Below, in pieces: positions 58,653 to 64,000 of a DNA stretch of 64,000 bases. Origin of the DNA: a virus; IMG/VR virus record IMGVR_UViG_2518285546_000003, positions 86 to 64,085 of that record. The stretch is one strand, 5' to 3'. Position 1 is the first letter of the stretch. Each line of letters begins with the position of its first letter. The position numbers were made by a program, and so were the translations under genes. The notes under the pieces are model-generated. The model saw nothing but the letters and a program-made list of their open reading frames with translations, ran no database searches and was not told where the DNA came from.

Positions 58653-59873
58653 TTATTTATTTGCCCACGGTTCCATACCGGTAAAAACAAACGGGCCCGA
58701 ACACTCACACCACGGATGAACCTGCCCGGCGACCGGCATCAGGTGTTCGGCGCCATCGTCACGCATCGTGCTAGAAACCTCGCCGCCACGAACCGGAAGT
58801 GGCTTACGTCCGATGTTGTTGCCCCAGGACAGCATTTCTCCAAGGCTGAAAAGACGGGGGGTGCCGTCATCCGTCAAGTACAGGTGCTTGCACTGCGGGC
58901 AAGCGGTCGGAAGAGGCATTTTGTAGACCATTTTCTGTGGCCCGAATTTCTGCAGCATGCCCAATCCCTGCCCCTGCCCCTTAGCATCCTGTAGTTCGAA
59001 AAATGCAATCCGGTCCCAATCCTTGCTCTTTTCTCCGAAGACGTTGAACATTTCGTTTGAAAACCCCTGCCAGGTGTCAACGGTACCGGCTTCCGCGTCC
59101 ATGCCGAGTTCACGCTTAATCGTTTCGTCACGAATACCGGAAACAAGTTTCTTCGCGTGAAAATCAGCGGCCATCCGTCGAATGATTTCCCGGTTTCTTG
59201 CCGCCGCAAGCCTGCCGGCTTCTGTCGCCAGGTCCTCGGCCAGTCCACTGATATGGGTCGCCGTTTGCTGTTCGGCTACCGCAATGGCATGCAGGTCGGG
59301 CTTGACCAATGGTTTGTTCAGCGCCAAGTCCAAGACATCCCGGTACGTCTTGCCCTGTTCCAGGGCTTGATGCAATCGGCCAAAAACAAAGGCATTTCGG
59401 ATAAGCTTCGCTTCCCCTGGAACGGCTAAAGCGAACGCCTCCGGCGTAACATCCGCCTCAATCAGGCCAAGGCGCTTCCATCGGTCAAAAACCTCCCCAG
59501 GAATAGCAACGTCTTCACTTTCAAGCTGTGCCACCATGTATCCGAAACGGTCGCGGATGACCTGTTGTATCTGCTGCAATTCCTCTTTGGTCAGAGGACG
59601 ATCAATGTATCTCTCGGCTTTCTCCAGCCGACCTGTCACCACCGCTTCGGTGTAATCCCGACACCACCGTATGGCGTCCTGGTACAGATCCCTGAACCTA
59701 AAAAACAACCCCCGCATAGCCGGCGACCGAGGCACTTTGGGATCCTCGTCCTTCCTGGCTTTTTGCAGGGCAGCCACCACCTCCTCTTCAAGATGGTGAC
59801 TGCGGGCGATGCCAACCAGGGCTTTACTCAGTTCCTCGGGATTGAGGTTATGTTCAATCTCGACATCCGGCAT
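58653..59873 (-). CDS. MuF-like head morphogenesis protein
   Basis: DWDRIA..E, ACPQC, VHPWCEC; downstream of portal. Confidence 0.8.
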   Translation of the reverse strand: MPDVEIEHNLNPEELSKALVGIARSHHLEEEVVAALQKARKDEDPKVPRSPAMRGLFFRFRDLYQDAIRWCRDYTEAVVTGRLEKAERYIDRPLTKEELQQIQQVIRDRFGYMVAQLESEDVAIPGEVFDRWKRLGLIEADVTPEAFALAVPGEAKLIRNAFVFGRLHQALEQGKTYRDVLDLALNKPLVKPDLHAIAVAEQQTATHISGLAEDLATEAGRLAAARNREIIRRMAADFHAKKLVSGIRDETIKRELGMDAEAGTVDTWQGFSNEMFNVFGEKSKDWDRIAFFELQDAKGQGQGLGMLQKFGPQKMVYKMPLPTACPQCKHLYLTDDGTPRLFSLGEMLSWGNNIGRKPLPVRGGEVSSTMRDDGAEHLMPVAGQVHPWCECSGPFVFTGMEPWANK

Positions 59874-60511
59874 TACAACAACAGGCGCTGATCGGCGGCC
59901 ATGGCGGCTTGGTCAATGGCCGCATCGACTTCTTTATCGAAAGTGTTCCAGCTGATCCCAGACTCGAATCGACATCGACCTTCCTTCAAATCGCGCTGCA
60001 GGGTTTCCTTGAATATGGCCAAATTGATGCCGGCACCGATGAAATTAGCAGCCTGTACCCGCCTGATTTCTGCCGTCTGGTTAATCCATTTGAGAACTTC
60101 GGCGACATGCATAAGCGCATCCGATGCGTTTTCCACCCCGCGTTCTTCGAGAAATTTCTGTATTTCCGCTTTGACCAGGTTTATCACCGGCAACAAAAGG
60201 TCTTGCTCCTCGGGGGTAAGGCTGTATTTTGCGATACGCGCAAGAACGAATTTATCCAAGCCATCCAAGGACACGATGTCATCACTTTCGATGGCCTTAA
60301 TCGCGGCTCCGGAACCGATATATACCGGCTCTACCCAGGCCGGATGCTCTGTCAATGCCCGGCCAACGCCAGCTCGAACCACAAGCTCGATGGCCGCATC
60401 ATGTCGCTCGAAAATACTCGAAGTCGATGTCCCGGAACATGCGGCAAGCAACCCAATGGCGACAAGCATCACCACGCACAACAGCATTCTCATAGGCATA
60501 AATCTCTTCAT
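59873..60511 (-). CDS. Lipoprotein
   Basis: Signal ending LLAAC; AAGGAGG RBS before ATG 60511. Confidence 0.7.
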   Translation of the reverse strand: MKRFMPMRMLLCVVMLVAIGLLAACSGTSTSSIFERHDAAIELVVRAGVGRALTEHPAWVEPVYIGSGAAIKAIESDDIVSLDGLDKFVLARIAKYSLTPEEQDLLLPVINLVKAEIQKFLEERGVENASDALMHVAEVLKWINQTAEIRRVQAANFIGAGINLAIFKETLQRDLKEGRCRFESGISWNTFDKEVDAAIDQAAMAADQRLLL

Positions 60512-60535
60512 TGAATCCTCCTTTGGCTTCCCCAC

Positions 60536-62215
60536 CTATATTGTTATTTTCAGGAACTTTTTTTCTCTTTGCGACTTCTTGACGGGCTCTTCTTCCTTGG
60601 GTTGGTCCTCTTCCTGATCTTCTTCCTCCTCTTCATCGCCGTCCTGCCCCATCATGGACATTTGCGTCATGGCTCCGGCCATGGGCTGATCGGCTGGAAG
60701 ATTCCAAGGATTGTTCGGATCGTTCATGTCACCTTTAGGCTCCCGACCTTCCTCCATCCTCGCTTCGTTTCGAGTCACCCACTTGGCAGCCCGAGACGCC
60801 CTGATATCGACAGCCTCTTTTTCGTCCTCTTCTTCGAGCCCGACCAAAACCACTCGCAGGTCAGAGTAACGAGGTTTGACAAGCTCGTTGGTAAACCATT
60901 CGCACATGTCCATCAGCGAAGGCTTCAGCCCGTAATCCTCGCTCTGGCTGATCTCATTGGTCGGATCATGGCTGTTCAGGCCTTTGTTGCCGCCTGAGTC
61001 GAGCGAAAAGTTGAGGACGCTTGGATGCGCTCCGAAAGATGCACACTTGAACATGATCATGAAACGGAAAAACTGGTCGAAGAGCATGTCCTTCGGGCTC
61101 TCACGCAGTTTCACGGACTTCATGTCAAAGTCGTCTTTGCTGTCAACCGGCAAGATCGGCAGCCGCCAGTTGTTGCCAGGACCTCCGGCTTCCCCGAGAA
61201 CCTGTTGTTTGAATGCTGTAAGACCAACCTTGTCGATGTTGCCAGCAACCAGCATCATTTGTTCCGGGTAATTCGTCTTGAACATCTCCTGGTTGTATTT
61301 CCAGGCGTAAAGAAGCGTTGCAGTAACATCCAAGGAAGTTTCAAGGTCACTCTGGCCATATCCCCACCGGTTGATCTCATCGGACGGATTGGAAATATGA
61401 ACTGTAACTTCATCATCATCGAAAGCGGCGACGATATGACCGTCGACAACCTGGACATAAGAAGAATCAACCAGGTCAAACCCGCTGGCATAACTCGCAC
61501 GCTCAGCAGTATGACGAGTTACCTTCCCGCCCCTTTCGTTTTTGCGCGCCCACTCCTTGACCATTTCGTCGACCGGCTTGATGGTGTCCCCGGGCAGCCA
61601 ATGAAATGCCGCATAGCCACCTTTCCCATCACTGCGCGGGTAACGATGAATGACTTTGCGGTCGATGATGAGTTCCGCACGAACCAAAGTCGCGATAAGG
61701 CTTTTTAGGCCGTCATGGATACGGCGCTGGCTTGGGTAGTATTCACGGAAGCGAATGGGAGTCGGGTCGGCAAGAAACGCCTCCATTTCATCGCATCGAG
61801 CTTGAATCTCCGGCGTAATTTTGAAATCCGGATCGTCGTGCCGATCATGCACCACCTGGAAGCCAACCTGCTTACCGGCCAAGGCCCTCTGCCAGATCAT
61901 TTTTTGCTGTTTGACGCGGGTGTTGATCAGGATCGAATCGACAAAGCTTTTCTTGGCAGCCTCCCGAAGGATTTCAAAAGAAGGCGTTCCGATGGGCTTT
62001 TCCCTGGCACCGTGGGCGATCATGTTTTGCGCCAAAGCGAACGGGGAAAATATTTTGGCAAAACTGTTGTCGCCGGATATCTTGGCAGCCTGCTTCTTCG
62101 CTTCAGCCTTAATCAGAGGCTCCATAGAGCGCCCTGATACCACGAGTCCTGCCGGCGTTTCGTGGGGGTCACTTATGTAGGCGGGGAAGCCTGCGATTTG
62201 AAGACTTTTGTTCAT
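60536..62215 (-). CDS. Portal protein (Twort/SPO1-like)
   Basis: GYGQSDLE, NNWRLPI, KDMLF, GLKPSL, TRNEAR. Confidence 0.9.
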   Translation of the reverse strand: MNKSLQIAGFPAYISDPHETPAGLVVSGRSMEPLIKAEAKKQAAKISGDNSFAKIFSPFALAQNMIAHGAREKPIGTPSFEILREAAKKSFVDSILINTRVKQQKMIWQRALAGKQVGFQVVHDRHDDPDFKITPEIQARCDEMEAFLADPTPIRFREYYPSQRRIHDGLKSLIATLVRAELIIDRKVIHRYPRSDGKGGYAAFHWLPGDTIKPVDEMVKEWARKNERGGKVTRHTAERASYASGFDLVDSSYVQVVDGHIVAAFDDDEVTVHISNPSDEINRWGYGQSDLETSLDVTATLLYAWKYNQEMFKTNYPEQMMLVAGNIDKVGLTAFKQQVLGEAGGPGNNWRLPILPVDSKDDFDMKSVKLRESPKDMLFDQFFRFMIMFKCASFGAHPSVLNFSLDSGGNKGLNSHDPTNEISQSEDYGLKPSLMDMCEWFTNELVKPRYSDLRVVLVGLEEEDEKEAVDIRASRAAKWVTRNEARMEEGREPKGDMNDPNNPWNLPADQPMAGAMTQMSMMGQDGDEEEEEDQEEDQPKEEEPVKKSQREKKFLKITI

Positions 62216-62222
62216 GCGCCGA

Positions 62223-62255
62223 AGATTATCCGCATGTGCTTCCTATGGCAAGCAG
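62223..62255 (-). promoter_or_regulatory. Portal promoter with operator
   Basis: TTGCCA-17-TAATCT; GTGCTT-CCTATGGC-AAGCAG; 32/34 identical to 23720-23753. Confidence 0.75.
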
Positions 62256-62315
62256 TTTGTGGCTAAAAATGGAGTTCCGTAGAAGTGAATGGACCTGTAT
62301 GGAAAGACCAGAACA

Positions 62316-62393
62316 AGAAAAAGCCCCGGGAGGTCCGGGGCTTTTGGGTCCGCCTTCGGTGGGGAGAAGACGAACAGCTGAAGGAGTTATCTG
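62316..62393 (-). ncRNA. Candidate ~78-nt sRNA
   Basis: TTGCAT-16-TATAAT promoter (62427-62400), 10-bp hairpin, terminator 62318-62345; no plausible ORF. Confidence 0.55.
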
Positions 62394-62435
62394 GTGCTTA
62401 TTATAGAAAACGCACCATAAAATGCAAGGGGAAAA

Positions 62436-62600
62436 TGGTAGTGGGTCAGTTTGGCGGACAAAGCACTGGTACCAAGCGGTTTGTCCTGCGGCTTTGCAAC
62501 GTTGCCGACTGCCAACCCAGAGGTTTGTCGGGCATAGCCGCGCCTTTCTGCGTTAGTGGCTCGCGGATTGTCTCCTACCACAATTCCAAACTGACCCACC
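62436..62600 (-). ncRNA. Candidate 165-nt structured RNA with tRNA-like end
   Basis: 15-bp terminal stem GGTGGGTCAGTTTGG/CCAAACTGACCCACT followed by ACCA; several internal hairpins. Confidence 0.6.
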
Positions 62601-62614
62601 GCCTGAAAGAATTT

Positions 62615-63109
62615 TCATTTCCACCTTACCGGTTGCTGCTCATAGCCGATATACAAGGGGTGTTGCGGTTGCCCGTTGATGGTGAGGCGCAGGTAATAAA
62701 GAGGGATCTCAGGCTGGTTCATCAAAATCCTGACCACTTGCCCTGACCTGTTCATGTGGTCACCATGGTTTCCCCAAGCGCATATCACTTTCCCAGCCCG
62801 CTGTGCTTCTTGTAGAATTACCTTGTCGTTATCCGGGCCAACGGGATCTGCCACCGACTTCATTTCCTTAGGGTCGGTCGCTCGATATGCAAAAATGTTG
62901 CAGACAACAAGCCCACCGAATCCCATCTGCATAGCCCTGCGTTCGCAACGTTCAACGGTTGGATCGTTCTCCGTTTCGTCCGCCGTGCTTGGGTTCAGCA
63001 TGATGAAAAGGCAAAACGGCTTCGTGCGGTCCCATATCCTCCACAGAGTATAACGATAGCGCCGACATTCGCTGAAAGTCGCGCCTGTATCCATAAACAG
63101 GTTAGACAT
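62615..63109 (-). CDS. DUF1643 family protein
   Basis: YRYTLWRIWD, MLNPSTAD, NIFAYRATDP, CAWG, HPLY. Confidence 0.9.
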   Translation of the reverse strand: MSNLFMDTGATFSECRRYRYTLWRIWDRTKPFCLFIMLNPSTADETENDPTVERCERRAMQMGFGGLVVCNIFAYRATDPKEMKSVADPVGPDNDKVILQEAQRAGKVICAWGNHGDHMNRSGQVVRILMNQPEIPLYYLRLTINGQPQHPLYIGYEQQPVRWK

Positions 63110-63367
63110 TTAATGTCCCTTTCTGGGGATATCCGCCAACTCGTCACCGTCCACACCTCGATCGAGTCCTTCAAAAAACTGACTCAACAGGTCAAGGGTT
63201 TCGGCCGCATATTTCGGGTCCGTCGGCATGGATACGACAAGCCTTTCATTCTCAAACTGCTGCTGTTCTCTTTCTGCCTTTTGCTTTTCCTTTTTCGCAG
63301 CCGACTCGGCCCGCCACTGTCCCCAGCCCCAGCCGGCTGCAAAAGCCAGCGCTATTACAACCCACAT
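63110..63367 (-). CDS. Membrane-anchored hypothetical protein
   Basis: N-terminal TM + short coiled coil. Confidence 0.6.
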   Translation of the reverse strand: MWVVIALAFAAGWGWGQWRAESAAKKEKQKAEREQQQFENERLVVSMPTDPKYAAETLDLLSQFFEGLDRGVDGDELADIPRKGH

Positions 63368-63657
63368 TATCCTACTCCTTCCGATGCCTCAGGGCTTTCC
63401 GTTCCAATATCCTCGATCTGCTCCCGCAACAACCGGGCAATACGGTCGGCAATGGAAGCATCCGACAGCCAGCCAAGGGCGATTTCATCCATGGTGATCG
63501 GATGAGAAAAAACCTTCCGGTTTCGACCATCTATCGTTGCCGTTACCATCAAACCACGGACCTTTCCATTTTTCCGATCCAGAGACAATGAAACGGAAAC
63601 TTCCTCGCCGATGTCCAGGCGCTCCAGAAGTTCGATGGTCCCCGTCAGCATTGGCAA
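63367..63657 (-). CDS. Hypothetical protein
   Basis: ORF in tightly packed run. Confidence 0.55.
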   Translation of the reverse strand: MPMLTGTIELLERLDIGEEVSVSLSLDRKNGKVRGLMVTATIDGRNRKVFSHPITMDEIALGWLSDASIADRIARLLREQIEDIGTESPEASEGVG

Positions 63658-63780
63658 GCCCCCCGCTTTTGGAAATGGCCGCTATCTTTTTCAACCATTT
63701 TCCTCCCGCAACACTCAGGGGTAGCAAATGACATGGCCTGGAATGTCTCAACCTTATGGGTCTGCCAGCAAACCTGGCAT

Positions 63781-63963
63781 TCAAACACCTTTTTCACGCC
63801 ACATCTCCTTTGCTGCTTTGTTCAATCCGTCGATGACCTTGCGGTAGCCGTATTTTCGAGTCCTTTCCTTAAGCGATTTGTAAATCGACCCCTCTCTGAC
63901 CGGGTTACCACAGGACATCACCCTGGCTATTTTTCTCAACTCCTTTACATTTTTGGCATTCAC
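63781..63963 (-). CDS. Hypothetical protein
   Basis: AAGGAGG RBS + GTG. Confidence 0.6.
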   Translation of the reverse strand: MNAKNVKELRKIARVMSCGNPVREGSIYKSLKERTRKYGYRKVIDGLNKAAKEMWREKGV

Positions 63964-64000
63964 TCAGCACCCTCCTTCGCCTTAATAGCGGCCCGGAATT

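Larger units (their letters stand above)
1..64000. mobile_element. Temperate myophage (prophage), truncated on the right
   Basis: Integrase, immunity, replication, contractile tail, head and lysis modules; no host genes. Confidence 0.95.

Noticed and set aside
62436..62600. tRNA, tmRNA or SRP RNA call
   Set aside because: No canonical D/anticodon/T arms, no tag ORF, no SRP helix-8 motif; kept as unknown ncRNA
62285..62746. Plus-strand 153-aa ORF and minus-strand 70-aa ORF over the ncRNA region
   Set aside because: Cross a terminator and a promoter, lack RBS and protein-like features; RNA structure explains the region better

Overview
The whole 64 kb is one temperate myophage (prophage or phage contig); no host genes are visible and the element runs off the right edge (no terminase in the window). 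The Ssb tail ([15 protein letters not shown]) and RdgC type suggest a Desulfuromonadales/Geobacter-like host (inference). Left to right: integrase, CI/Cro switch and excisionase; an early/replication operon (ssb, RdgC, MazG-like, DUF4373-type initiator, DnaC-like loader, RusA-like, DUF5131, SbcD/SbcC, KfrA); then a convergent late region on the minus strand with portal, MuF, large polyvalent proteins, prohead protease, scaffold, Twort/SPO1-type major capsid and sheath, baseplate, and a lysis cassette of CHAP endolysin, holin-like protein and patatin phospholipase. Most notable unannotated signals: (1) a palindromic operator GCTT-NN-YATR-NN-AAGC at about 15 intergenic/start sites across the phage; (2) an RNA regulatory layer: a 165-nt structured RNA with a tRNA-like stem and ACCA end, a ~78-nt anti-SD sRNA, an attenuator before the replication gene with a complementary trans-RNA candidate, and a HemP-like ORF plus terminator before the capsid operon; (3) probable capsid-packaged polyproteins whose domains are separated by LxK(S/A) prohead-protease-like sites and which share a KSHVKQHTR tag. 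All family calls are from motif recognition by eye, not database searches.
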